Origin: an uncultured Methanoregula sp.
Lineage (GTDB): Archaea; Halobacteriota; Methanomicrobia; Methanomicrobiales; Methanospirillaceae
Length of the DNA stretch: 64,000 nucleotides
Reading direction: 5' to 3'
Assembly: GCA_964448885.1 (NCBI GenBank)
Contig: CAYVAQ010000013.1
Coordinates: 239-64,238, forward strand
In this document: piece after piece, positions 37,511 to 47,008 of the stretch
Layout of the letters: the number at the start of each line of letters is the position of its first letter
Position numbering within the stretch: the stretch's first letter is position 1
Notes under the pieces: model-generated
What the model was told of the DNA's origin: nothing
Databases searched by the model: none
What the model saw: the letters and a program-made list of their open reading frames with translations, nothing else
Program-made: the position numbers and the translations under genes

Positions 37511-38140
37511 ATGACAGAGCCCGTTATGCTTGATCTCAAACGCTGCCCGGTCTGCCACAACAATACATCGGCATCCCAGACGACCTGCCCGTACTGCGGG
37601 CATTCTTTCACAGCCACTGATGAGAATGCCGCACCTGTCAAGCCGCGGGGTGAACAGCGCCGGTGTAATAAATGCGGCACCATGGTGACCGGTGCATGGG
37701 AGATCTGCCCGGTCTGCAAAGCCCCGCTTGACGAGGGAAGGGGTATCAGGACCTATCTTGTTATCGCAGGTTTTGTCGTGGCGGTCGTGCTGCTTGCGGT
37801 CTTTGTATTTCATATTCCGGGGAATCCCCCGTCAGTACCGGTATCCCTGCCCGGCCCCGGCCTCACGCCTTCGCCCACGCCCCCGGCATGCACCATTGCC
37901 ATAACCGGGCAGAAGACGGCTGCCAGTTCAATCCTGCTCCGGGTCTCTGCATCCAGCTGCAGCCTGCAGGATGTCAAAGAGCTTAATATCTTTATAAACG
38001 ACCAGCCTGCCGGCACGCTGCCGCACCAGCTCGGTGTAGGTGGTTCGTTTCCGGGACACAAGGGCACCGACCATGTTGTTGTTACTGCAACGTTCAGCAG
38101 CGGGTACCAGCGGACCATCCTCGATACAATCTATGCATGA
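37511..38140 (+). CDS. Double zinc-ribbon membrane protein
   Basis: CPVC-x10-CPYCG and CNKCG-x9-CPVC, then a TM helix, a Pro linker and a small beta domain. The start is placed at the ATG at 37511, not the track start at 36926. Confidence 0.8.
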   Translation: MTEPVMLDLKRCPVCHNNTSASQTTCPYCGHSFTATDENAAPVKPRGEQRRCNKCGTMVTGAWEICPVCKAPLDEGRGIRTYLVIAGFVVAVVLLAVFVFHIPGNPPSVPVSLPGPGLTPSPTPPACTIAITGQKTAASSILLRVSASSCSLQDVKELNIFINDQPAGTLPHQLGVGGSFPGHKGTDHVVVTATFSSGYQRTILDTIYA

Positions 38141-38229
38141 CCGGGGTGCCCGGCCCGGTCTCCAGCCACTATCCTTTTGTGCCGGGTGCAACAGAATCTA
38201 GTACTCCCATTGCAGAGCGAGGCAGGTCC

Positions 38230-38808
38230 ATGAAATATACTCGTATCATACTCATTGTGGCAGCCATGGTCATTCTCTCCGGTTGTGTATCGCAGTCCCC
38301 GGCCGGCAGCAGCCCCTCCGGCAGCGGCATCACCCTCCCGTCGTCGTCAGGCCCGCTGGTCTCCGGCAAAGCCCTCCCGATGGATGGTCATACCGTGCAT
38401 AACACCGGCAACACTACCGTTGAGGTCTGGATCGACAGCTTCGAGATTGGCGAAGTGCAGGAGAATGGCGATCAGGAACTCACCATCTATGTTGCTGCAA
38501 AAAATACCGGGGAAAAACCAGTCCAGCTGGTCTGGTTCTCCAAGCTGACCGATATGAACGGCAAGACCTACGGGGGCATCGGGATCTCCCACGGCGGCAA
38601 TGGGGCAAGGCCCGCTGTCCTCCAGCATAATCAGACCGACATGGCCCGCGACTATGTGAACATCCGTTCCGACCGCGACCTCGAGACCCTGAAGAAGGGT
38701 GCGGTTCTCGATGTCTACTTCATGGAGAAGTTTGCCGATGATGTCCCGGTATCGGACATACCGGATTACCATACAACCTGGACCATTGATGCCGGTGCAA
38801 TCCGGTGA
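38230..38808 (+). CDS. Lipoprotein with Ig-like (DUF4352-like) domain
   Basis: MKYTRIILIVAAMVILSGC; LTIYVAAKNTGEKP...KLTDMNGKTY. Confidence 0.75.
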   Translation: MKYTRIILIVAAMVILSGCVSQSPAGSSPSGSGITLPSSSGPLVSGKALPMDGHTVHNTGNTTVEVWIDSFEIGEVQENGDQELTIYVAAKNTGEKPVQLVWFSKLTDMNGKTYGGIGISHGGNGARPAVLQHNQTDMARDYVNIRSDRDLETLKKGAVLDVYFMEKFADDVPVSDIPDYHTTWTIDAGAIR

Positions 38809-38983
38809 ACTGAATTTTTTCCATTCCCGGCGGGATACCATGCCAGAACGGGCATCTGCGCCGGGGATGGCAATAGCATGCCGGGACAACGGTCCGGGGG
38901 CTGATCCATGGTATGAACCCGGTCTCGTGCCGGGTAACCATCCCCGCACCCGTTCATAATGCGGGAAACAAGACCACAGCGGT

Positions 38984-39622
38984 TCAGTGGAGGCTGTTGA
39001 CCGGTTTTACTTCGCCCGGGACGGTACGGGTGATGCTCAGTGCAACGCCGATTGCGGGTTTGACTTCCAGGGTGAATGACCGGTCACCAAGAATCGGCTG
39101 CGACGGGCAGGCAGAGATCGAAAAGTGCTCGCCGGGATCCAGCTGGTTGTCAGTGCTTCCAATATCCGGTGTTTTCCGGTAAACCGCCCAGGTACCGGAT
39201 CCTTTCACGCACCCGGACGGGTTGAATGTGGCCGGATCGCGGTCGAGTGTCTCCAGCCATGATGAATTGCTGTAGGTCAGGACGATTTTTTCAAAGTCCA
39301 CCGGAGAACCCGAGAGCGGGATACCGCAGGAGAAGTTGATCTTGTAGATCTCCGTTGTTGAACTCTCGTCCCCGATGCCATAGATAGTGCCCGGGATCTC
39401 AAGCGTTGATGTGCTCTGCTCGACAGCCCGGAAAATCACGCTCTGGCTCTTCTGGGTGACCATGAAGCCGGTGTTCAGCACTGTATAGGAGAAGACTGCT
39501 GCAACCACGACGAACGCGATGAGGATGAGGGCAGCCTCTAAGCCGGTAAATGCAGTATCCCGCGGATTCCCTGTCCCCGTAGTATCCGCGGCAGCCCGGC
39601 CCGTTTCTGGTCTTCCCGGCAT
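38984..39622 (-). CDS. flaB: Archaellin (archaeal flagellin)
   Basis: Class III signal A|FTGLEAALILIAFVVVAAVFSYTVLNTGF..TQKS; C-terminal LDPGEHF...FTLEVKPAIGVAL.ITRTVP. Confidence 0.92.
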   Translation of the reverse strand: MPGRPETGRAAADTTGTGNPRDTAFTGLEAALILIAFVVVAAVFSYTVLNTGFMVTQKSQSVIFRAVEQSTSTLEIPGTIYGIGDESSTTEIYKINFSCGIPLSGSPVDFEKIVLTYSNSSWLETLDRDPATFNPSGCVKGSGTWAVYRKTPDIGSTDNQLDPGEHFSISACPSQPILGDRSFTLEVKPAIGVALSITRTVPGEVKPVNSLH

Positions 39623-39848
39623 ATCTGCTTAGTCGTATGCCTTCCGGGCAGTAATAAGATGACCCTGTCTGCCCGGGCCGTCTGGGGAGGTCTGTTTCAG
39701 CACCCTCCAGTCATGCACGGACCCTGTATGGTTTTTTTATGTCGGGCGATGGCAGGATCATCCAGCACCACTATCACTTTCACCCCCCGTTACCCCTATC
39801 CTCATCAGGTACCAGGATCCCGTGTATCCCGGTGAATGTATGCGACGG

Positions 39849-40130
39849 ATGGAACTTGACGGGGTTATCCTGCGGTGGAAGAAGACCACCCGGGCATTGA
39901 AGATCCATGAGCAGGAGTACGGGAGGCACCTGACGGACGTGCTCGAACAGGTGACCGATGCCCAGCTGGTGCATTTCCAGGATCCGGTTGAGGCAGCAGC
40001 GTTCTTCTGCATCCTCGATCTCCTGAAAAAAACACGCGGGGCAGCGGTCCGGCAGGCAGAGCCAGGACCGACCGTGCATGAGGGAAACCCGCTCCAGCAG
40101 GTCCTGTGCGGGCATGACGGGATGTCCTGA
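39849..40130 (+). CDS. Small hypothetical protein
   Basis: MELDGVILRWKKTTRALKIHEQEYG...FQDPVEAAAF looks like a plausible helical protein. Confidence 0.55.
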   Translation: MELDGVILRWKKTTRALKIHEQEYGRHLTDVLEQVTDAQLVHFQDPVEAAAFFCILDLLKKTRGAAVRQAEPGPTVHEGNPLQQVLCGHDGMS

Positions 40131-40168
40131 TCCGCTCCGCGGAGGATGAAGGCCACGAACACGGTGCA

Positions 40169-40366
40169 TCAGGCAAACCTGAGCATATAGGATATGGCCA
40201 GGAACCCGAACCCGAGGAAGCAGAGGAGCAGGAACCTGAAATAGACCGTGTCCATGAGAGACTGGATGGTGAACTGGAGCAGGAGCCAGAAGATGATGAT
40301 AAAAACAACTGCAATGCCGAATTTTACCGGTGTTATCCCCCGGCGTCTCTTTTTCAGTTCCAGCAC
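40169..40366 (-). CDS. Small 2-TM protein
   Basis: Basic N-terminus (KKRRR) followed by two hydrophobic helices. Confidence 0.55.
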   Translation of the reverse strand: MLELKKRRRGITPVKFGIAVVFIIIFWLLLQFTIQSLMDTVYFRFLLLCFLGFGFLAISYMLRFA

Positions 40367-40448
40367 ATACCGGTATCGGTCTCCATTATTTAGAAGGTTT
40401 ATGTACCCGGGGCGGTTGCGGCCGGTGCAGCCGGCTGCCGGCGGGGTG

Positions 40449-41936
40449 TTAAAAAAGAGGACGGGACCGGATTATTCTGATAATCACCGTGAGGGCAAGG
40501 GCTGCACAAGTGGCATGCATAAAACCCGGTGTCTGTCGTGTCGGAGGAATGGCAGTAGCTGACGGAAGCATGCTGCCAGTACCCGGCGAACCGGTTTCAG
40601 CAGCGGTTGACGTACGCGTCATAGTGCCGGATGAGATACCTGGCGCCTGTTCCGTACTCCCGGCGGATGCGTTTGGCCTGAGTGCAAATACATGGATGAT
40701 CGGTTGCTCTCCGTCAGCAAAGGGTTCCGCGATGTAGAGGATACCCCGTTCCCGGTCGTATGCAACAGCGCCAACATGCATCTTCTGCCACCGCTCGGTG
40801 ATATGCCAGAGATATGGTTCAAGACTCAGTTCCGCGTAGGGCTGGGGCTCGTGGGCAGCCATGGTGCCGGCGGCAACTTTGGCAAGGTCGTCCGGGTTGT
40901 AGAAGTACAGGACTCCTTCAAAGGACTCTGCCCACCAGCCCCGTTCATTATGCGGTGCCGGGGGAAAGTCAGGGAAGGGCGGGTTGTCCGGCCAGACAAC
41001 CCCGTTGGAGAATCCATACCAGAATTTTCCCCTGCCCTTGGTCCCGGCAAAGATGACCGCAGAGCGATCGCCCGCAGTAAGCCATGCTCCCCCGGACCAT
41101 TCATCGGCGCTCGTGTAGCCCTGCATGACGCGGTCCCGCCCGTCCTCTTCATAGCCTTTCCCGTACAGCAGGAGGGGTGTTACATGCGAAAGCCTTGCAT
41201 TCCTCGCCGGGGGATTCCCGTCAAGCCAGGGTGCGAATGCAAAGAGCGCGGGGCCACTGCCCCCGAGGCTCCCGTCCCGGAACCGGCCGGTTGCGAGGCG
41301 GAGACCAGGAGTGCTGGCCTTCGTCCACTCTTCGGGGATCTCGAAGAGGTAATCATCGGTTGCATAGTTCTCGTACCCGGCAAGGTACCAGGGGCCCTGG
41401 ACCCGGGGGTCGGACAGGGTCAGTTCGCTCCACGCATGGGAGGGCACCTGCTCGTACTGGTAGTGCTCGCCCCAGGTGATGTAGAGTTTTCCGGAAGACT
41501 GGCCCTGCTGTGCCGGGAGGTAGGCGATGTCGGCCCGCTGCGGGAGCCCGTCATCAGCAGGGACAAAGACGCCCCGGAGGATGGGGGCAAACGGCTGGAT
41601 GGTTGCTGCGGTGTTCAGGTCCGCGATATTCTTGTGCGGGGAGATGACCGGCGCAGGGATGCTTATCTCGGAGACCTCGCACCGCTGGTCGTTTCCCATG
41701 CCATAGAGCGATCCGGGATATCCGTCAGCAGAACCCCCCGTGTCGCTACCGGGATAATAGGTGAGTCCTGTTGCCCCGTAAGTCCAGTCATTGCCATCCT
41801 GGGGAAGGCGGAATGCTCCCCGGTATTCAAGGTCGGCCGGCGGGATAAGGCCGGACTGGCCTGCCGCAGCTGCAGGGAGAAGGCTGCATGTGATGAGGAA
41901 AAAAAGGAGTGCCAGGGAGTACCGGGAACTGCTCAT
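40449..41936 (-). CDS. Secreted aromatic-rich (probable beta-propeller) protein with PGF-CTERM
   Basis: Signal peptide; DLEYRGAFRLP at the start of the domain; Ser/Thr linker; TPGFMHATCAALALTVIIRIIRSR. Confidence 0.85.
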   Translation of the reverse strand: MSSSRYSLALLFFLITCSLLPAAAAGQSGLIPPADLEYRGAFRLPQDGNDWTYGATGLTYYPGSDTGGSADGYPGSLYGMGNDQRCEVSEISIPAPVISPHKNIADLNTAATIQPFAPILRGVFVPADDGLPQRADIAYLPAQQGQSSGKLYITWGEHYQYEQVPSHAWSELTLSDPRVQGPWYLAGYENYATDDYLFEIPEEWTKASTPGLRLATGRFRDGSLGGSGPALFAFAPWLDGNPPARNARLSHVTPLLLYGKGYEEDGRDRVMQGYTSADEWSGGAWLTAGDRSAVIFAGTKGRGKFWYGFSNGVVWPDNPPFPDFPPAPHNERGWWAESFEGVLYFYNPDDLAKVAAGTMAAHEPQPYAELSLEPYLWHITERWQKMHVGAVAYDRERGILYIAEPFADGEQPIIHVFALRPNASAGSTEQAPGISSGTMTRTSTAAETGSPGTGSMLPSATAIPPTRQTPGFMHATCAALALTVIIRIIRSRPLF

Positions 41937-42007
41937 GCATGGGCGTTCACCCGGCAGAAGATAAACATTGCCCTTTTTTATGCGAAAACCGGGGATTTTG
42001 GGGAGGA

Positions 42008-42370
42008 TTATCTCTTGTGGTATACCTTCTCCGGGTCGAACACCTTAGTGCCGACAATGTCCCCGCTGAGCGTCCGGTAGAAGCAGGACATGTATCCCGT
42101 GTGGCAGGCGGCACCGGTCTGTATCACTTCGTAGATGAGGCAGTCTTCATCGCAGTCCGTGAGGATCCGCAAAACCTTCTGGAAGTGCCCGCTCTCCTCG
42201 CCTTTCTTCCAGAGTTTCTTCCTGCTCCTGCTGTAATAGTGGGCAAAACCGGTCTCCTGCGTCAGCCGGACCGCTTCGTCGTTCGCATAGGCCATCATCA
42301 GTACTTCGCGTGTCTTCTCATCCTGGACAATCACCGGGATGAGCCCGTTGTCGAATTTCAGGTTCAGCAT
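42008..42370 (-). CDS. hisI: Phosphoribosyl-AMP cyclohydrolase
   Basis: [36 protein letters not shown]. Confidence 0.97.
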   Translation of the reverse strand: MLNLKFDNGLIPVIVQDEKTREVLMMAYANDEAVRLTQETGFAHYYSRSRKKLWKKGEESGHFQKVLRILTDCDEDCLIYEVIQTGAACHTGYMSCFYRTLSGDIVGTKVFDPEKVYHKR

Positions 42371-42382
42371 GGTATCAGTTCT

Positions 42383-43573
42383 TTAGAAAATGGTGGTCAT
42401 AACCGCAAGGAGGATATCCCCAAAAAGGAGTGCAGTCACGAACCCGGCAGTGATCGGGATGATGAACGGCACGGCATAGGATATCCAGACCCTCCCTGCC
42501 CGGCGATACAGGGAAAGTTCCTCTTGATACTCATCAGGGTGTTCCCGAAGGTCCTTGGTGTAGATCCGGTCAGCGCCGGCGTACATGCGCCGGATCGCGT
42601 CCCAGAACCCGATGAACCGCCGGGATATTACCCCATTCTTCTCGCTGAAGTCCTCCATCACAAATCCCCACTCCTTCTGGATCTCGTCTCCCTTCACCGG
42701 GAAACCGAAGAAGAGATACATCAGCGGCGCACGGTTTCCGCGCAGGACGTTGACGATGAAGATGCACAGCGGCGTTGCCAGGTTGAGGATCAGTGCATTC
42801 ACCAGGACCGAGAAGGCAAGGAACCCGAGCGGGGGCGTGCCGAGGATCGGCTCGAACGGGAATACCGGTACGGCAAAGGCGATGAAGACCATTGCCCAGG
42901 CATCCGCTCCCCCGAAGAGGTGCATCCGTCCGAACGTGTAGAAGATCCCGCAGAAGATGGAGAGGAAGAGGACGACTGTCGCAGATGTGCCCCAGCTGGA
43001 TGCGGAGAAGAACAGGGTAGTCGAGACGATGGCAAATACGAGGATGATCAGGACAAAGTACCAGCGCCCGACAGAGTCCGCGACCGTGTCCCGCTTCTGT
43101 CTGCTCTTCGGGTTTTCATCAAACCGGCCCCGGTATTCCATGTATGAAACAAGGGAGAGGATCCCGGCATACATGGCATACCAGGGAACGAGCTGGAGGC
43201 TGATGGACGGCAGGAGAATGAACCAGGACAGGGCCGGGAGGAGCAGGGCAACAGCAAGGAAGATGCCGATGTTCTGTTTCCGGTAATATCCGGTCAGGTA
43301 CAGGGAGTCGGTACGTCCCCGGTTATCGAGATAGTCCGAGTAGAGGAAACTTACGAGGAGTGCAAGGTATCCCGTGACGAGGCTGGCATTGCCGGTTGTC
43401 TGCCAGAGCAGCCAGCTGGTGCAGGCACCGCCGACAACAACCATCGGCAGCCAGTGGACGAACGGAACCCTCCGGTCCCTGATGTCGAGCCACGAAGTAT
43501 ACAGGAGGGTGACAAGGACGACGAGAGCTGACAGGACGAGGGGCCAGAATGTCTCCATAGTATGCTGCTCCAT
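42383..43573 (-). CDS. A24-family prepilin/prearchaellin peptidase (FlaK/PibD-like)
   Basis: First catalytic Asp in SWLDIRDRRVP, GGAD motif (FGGADAWAM), C-terminal VWISYAVPFIIPITAGF typical of A24B. Confidence 0.9.
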   Translation of the reverse strand: MEQHTMETFWPLVLSALVVLVTLLYTSWLDIRDRRVPFVHWLPMVVVGGACTSWLLWQTTGNASLVTGYLALLVSFLYSDYLDNRGRTDSLYLTGYYRKQNIGIFLAVALLLPALSWFILLPSISLQLVPWYAMYAGILSLVSYMEYRGRFDENPKSRQKRDTVADSVGRWYFVLIILVFAIVSTTLFFSASSWGTSATVVLFLSIFCGIFYTFGRMHLFGGADAWAMVFIAFAVPVFPFEPILGTPPLGFLAFSVLVNALILNLATPLCIFIVNVLRGNRAPLMYLFFGFPVKGDEIQKEWGFVMEDFSEKNGVISRRFIGFWDAIRRMYAGADRIYTKDLREHPDEYQEELSLYRRAGRVWISYAVPFIIPITAGFVTALLFGDILLAVMTTIF

Positions 43574-43623
43574 ACATTGGATGCTTCAAGGACTTATGCA
43601 TGACGATAAGAACGGCCCTGCCT

Positions 43624-43640
43624 TAAGTATATATTAAAAG
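43624..43640. promoter_or_regulatory. Putative bidirectional TATA element
   Basis: taagtatatattaaaa lies between the divergent A24 peptidase gene and the 43721 gene. Confidence 0.45.
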
Positions 43641-43720
43641 GGGTTTCATAGGTTAGGTGAATACGGGATCCTGACGTTGCACCCCGCGAACAGGATCTTC
43701 CGTCAGGAAGGACGCATCTC

Positions 43721-44332
43721 ATGAAGATCCAGGAAATGCTCAGGACAATTCTTACCAGTTCTCCGGTTTGCGGAAAGTATCTCACTCCCGATCTCTTTCG
43801 TCAGGCAAAAGCAGACAGCAGGACGGGCATTGCCATTTCAGATGACGGGGAGAGGCAGTTGTACCTTGCAATCGTGAACGGTGAGACTGAGGGAGCCATC
43901 TTCATCGATGAAAAGGGGGAGTTGTTCGGTGACAAGGCAGTTATGCATATCACCGGCAGGGAGACCTTTTCGCTCCATGAGGTGCAGAAAGATATTGTCG
44001 ATACCCTGGTGATGGGCTGCCGGGTCTTTGACAAGTCCCACTTCCGGACAACGACAACGGTTGATCTCCCCGAGTTCGGGAAGAAGAGTTCCGGGATGGG
44101 TAACCTCACCCTGACCGTGAGCCAAAACCAGCAACCCCAGAATGGTATCCGGGTCTCGATCCGCAAGGAGAATAAGATCGTCGGCAGCGACATCACCACC
44201 AATGATGGCAGTGTCAGTTTCCGGGTTGAACATGCAACGTATGATTGTGTCCTCCAGGACCGGGGCGGGATGATCACGACCCGCAGGGTTACTTTTACTG
44301 ATCAGAACCAAAAGTTTATCCTCGAGCTCTGA
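43721..44332 (+). CDS. DUF2226/PATAN-like domain + Ig/transthyretin-like domain protein
   Basis: QAKADSRTGIAIS...LYLAIVNGETEGAIF...GDKAV pattern; C-terminal LTLTVSQNQQPQNGIRVSI...TTNDGSVSF. Confidence 0.6.
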   Translation: MKIQEMLRTILTSSPVCGKYLTPDLFRQAKADSRTGIAISDDGERQLYLAIVNGETEGAIFIDEKGELFGDKAVMHITGRETFSLHEVQKDIVDTLVMGCRVFDKSHFRTTTTVDLPEFGKKSSGMGNLTLTVSQNQQPQNGIRVSIRKENKIVGSDITTNDGSVSFRVEHATYDCVLQDRGGMITTRRVTFTDQNQKFILEL

Positions 44333-44418
44333 ATCGCATTTCCCGCCCTCTTTTTTGAGATATTTTCTCAATTTCGTCCTTTTTTTACCAGACAGCAAAG
44401 ACGAAACCCTTTAATTGG

Positions 44419-45999
44419 ATGAATACAGATCAATCCTTTATGAAGATAGGACGTGAAGACTTCGAGGCTCTGATAAAGGGGGACAAGACTATTGCCCCGT
44501 ATATCGAGCTGGATCCACTTGCCGGGTCCTATTCGGTGTTCGGCGTAAAAACAGCCAGTAACCCGAATTATATGGTTAAAGCCGTGTACGAGATGTACGA
44601 GGCAAACCTCAACAAGAAGCTCGCTGTCAAAGCTGTGCGCAAACTCTATCGTTCTGTTGGAGCAGGGTCCGTCGGTTTAAACAACCTGCTGAAGAAACTC
44701 GGGATGGATCTCAAGCCCCACGAGTTCCTGATGCTCGTATTCAAGCTCCAGCACCAGCAGGGGTGGGGTGCCCCGTTCGAGCTTGTTGAAGCTTCTGAAA
44801 AGCGGATCATCCTCAGGACCAAACACACCTTCGAATCGGAGATTCTCAAGGACTGGAACCTGGCAGTGTGTGGTATCCATCAGGGCTGGATTGAGGGAGT
44901 TCTCACATCAGTGACCGGCAAGACGTGGTACTGCCTCGAGAAGACCTGCCATGCAAAGGGCGACGAATACTGCACGTTCCAGGCAGATCAGGTCTCCCCG
45001 AGCTGGAAGTTCAAGGCCGAAGCAGTCGTCAAGGGCGACTCAGCCATCACCGAGTTCATCGAGCACAAGCCCCTTGAAGGCAAGATCGTGCTGATGGACG
45101 AGCCGGTCGTCATGATGCCCCGGTTCATCTTCACGTCCATGACCCAGTCCCTGAAAAAGACTATGGGAGAAGCACCGGCAAGCGGGGTCAACTACCGTGC
45201 ATACAAGGACATGGGAAAGGAGAACGTGGAGCACTACAAGAAGATGAGTATCTACTTCGACCTCTCCAGGACCAAACTTGACAAGGATCTTCACCTGCTG
45301 CGCAGCCGTTTCGAAGCATTCGGGGCCCCTTCGATCTCCGGGGACCAGATTGCTTTTGGAAGCCATGTCGTCAACAACAACTTCGAGGTTGTTGATTCCA
45401 TTGAAAAGGAGGCGGGCAGCAAGGCCACCGTCTTCCAGAAAATCGGAAATAAGGCAATCCGTGTATCCACGAACGTTGTGGGTGCTGATGGCAAGCGGGC
45501 TATTGGAACCGAGATTTCCCATATTGTCTATGACACCGTGATCACCAGGGGGCAGACCTATTATGGCACCGCAGATGTGGTTGGCAAACCGTTTGTTGTA
45601 GCGTATGAGCCAATCAGGAGCGCCAAAGGAGAGACCATCGGTATCCTTTTTGTCGGAACTCCTGAAGACAGTATTTCCGGTAAGGAAGAGGCCCTGAAAA
45701 AGACCAACCCAAAGACCCTCTCTGATATGGCATTTGCCTTCTATTCCCAGATGGGGTGGTTCAACTTTGTCAAGGAGGAGTGGGACGAGAAGACCAAGAC
45801 AAAGACGATCACCCTCTCCCATACCGTAGAGTCCGAGTCTTTCGGGAACATCGGTAAGCCTGTCTGTTACTGCACAGCCGGACTGCTCGCCGGAATCATT
45901 GAAGGGGCTTTCGGCATCCGGGTTGATGCAAAAGAGGTCAAGTGTAAGTCCAAAGGCGACGAGAACTGCGTCTTCACGATCACCAACAAGAAAGAATAA
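44419..45999 (+). CDS. Tandem V4R protein with a Cache domain inserted in the second V4R
   Basis: V4R1: QGWG...CGIHQGWIEG...EKTCHAKGDEYCTF. V4R2: QMGW...CYCTAGLLAG...EVKCKSKGDENCVF. Insert: NNNFEVVD...ATVFQK...RVSTNV...GKRAIGT...YYGTADVVGKPFVVAYEPIR...IGILFVG. Confidence 0.88.
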   Translation: MNTDQSFMKIGREDFEALIKGDKTIAPYIELDPLAGSYSVFGVKTASNPNYMVKAVYEMYEANLNKKLAVKAVRKLYRSVGAGSVGLNNLLKKLGMDLKPHEFLMLVFKLQHQQGWGAPFELVEASEKRIILRTKHTFESEILKDWNLAVCGIHQGWIEGVLTSVTGKTWYCLEKTCHAKGDEYCTFQADQVSPSWKFKAEAVVKGDSAITEFIEHKPLEGKIVLMDEPVVMMPRFIFTSMTQSLKKTMGEAPASGVNYRAYKDMGKENVEHYKKMSIYFDLSRTKLDKDLHLLRSRFEAFGAPSISGDQIAFGSHVVNNNFEVVDSIEKEAGSKATVFQKIGNKAIRVSTNVVGADGKRAIGTEISHIVYDTVITRGQTYYGTADVVGKPFVVAYEPIRSAKGETIGILFVGTPEDSISGKEEALKKTNPKTLSDMAFAFYSQMGWFNFVKEEWDEKTKTKTITLSHTVESESFGNIGKPVCYCTAGLLAGIIEGAFGIRVDAKEVKCKSKGDENCVFTITNKKE

Positions 46000-46052
46000 C
46001 CTATTTTTTAAATATTATTTCTGCCTACTCCATACTATCACACCGGAGACCC

Positions 46053-46847
46053 ATGCCACCAATCCCCCGCATACTGATCGTTGAGGATGATGAGATAATC
46101 TGTAACCTCATCACTACCATGCTTGAGAAGCGGGGATATGCGGTAGTCGGAAGGGTGGGATCCGGGGAAGAGTCGATCATCAAGGCGGCAGAACTGGAAC
46201 CGGATCTCATCCTGATGGACATCAGCCTCAATGGTAGTATGGATGGTGTTGCTGCCGCCACGTATATTTTCCAGCTCTTCCACTATCCCATCGTCTTCCT
46301 GACTGCTTTGTGCGATGACGGGCTTCTGGAGCGGGCAAAACATGCCCAGCCGCTCGGTTATATCCTCAAACCATTCACCGACAAGGACCTGAACTCCAAT
46401 GTCGAGCTTGCACTCTATAATCACAATATGCGCAAGAAATATCTCGACCTGTACCCGGTCGGTGAGCCCAAGAAGCTGATGGCGGCGCTGGACCTCATCA
46501 TCATCATGGACACCAGGGGAAGGATCATCTTCTTCAACCCGTATACCCCGCGGTTCCTCGACCTGCCCGAGAAATCAATCCTGATGCATCACTGGCGTGA
46601 TACCATGATGCTCATCAATGATATGACCGGCGAACAGCTTCCCGATCCCGTGCCGGAAGTGGTCAAGCAGATGCTTGTTGTCTCCCATGACTTTAATACC
46701 GCGATTGTTACCCGGTCCAACAAGAGCAAGAAAGTCAGTGCTGTTATCCGGCCGGTCAAGGATGACAACCACGAACTGATCGGAGTCTTCATGCATATCC
46801 GGGAGAAGACGCTCGACCAGATCCGGATGTCTGCAAAGAAACCCTAA
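46053..46847 (+). CDS. Response regulator (REC + PAS)
   Basis: ILIVEDDE, LILMDISL (phosphoacceptor Asp), YILKPF; PAS-like IIIMDTRGRIIFFNP...IRPVKDDNHELIGV. Confidence 0.92.
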   Translation: MPPIPRILIVEDDEIICNLITTMLEKRGYAVVGRVGSGEESIIKAAELEPDLILMDISLNGSMDGVAAATYIFQLFHYPIVFLTALCDDGLLERAKHAQPLGYILKPFTDKDLNSNVELALYNHNMRKKYLDLYPVGEPKKLMAALDLIIIMDTRGRIIFFNPYTPRFLDLPEKSILMHHWRDTMMLINDMTGEQLPDPVPEVVKQMLVVSHDFNTAIVTRSNKSKKVSAVIRPVKDDNHELIGVFMHIREKTLDQIRMSAKKP

Positions 46848-47008
46848 AAAAACGTACTTCTCTCTTTTTCCCGACGAGCTGCTTCCCGATAAATATATAT
46901 AAATAAATCGAAAGCTAACCTGAATGAGAAGAGTCCCCTCATGTGTTCCGGATTTTTCTTTCGGGGGGGCACATAATCAGGAAACAGTTGTAGGCTTGAG
47001 TTGATAGC

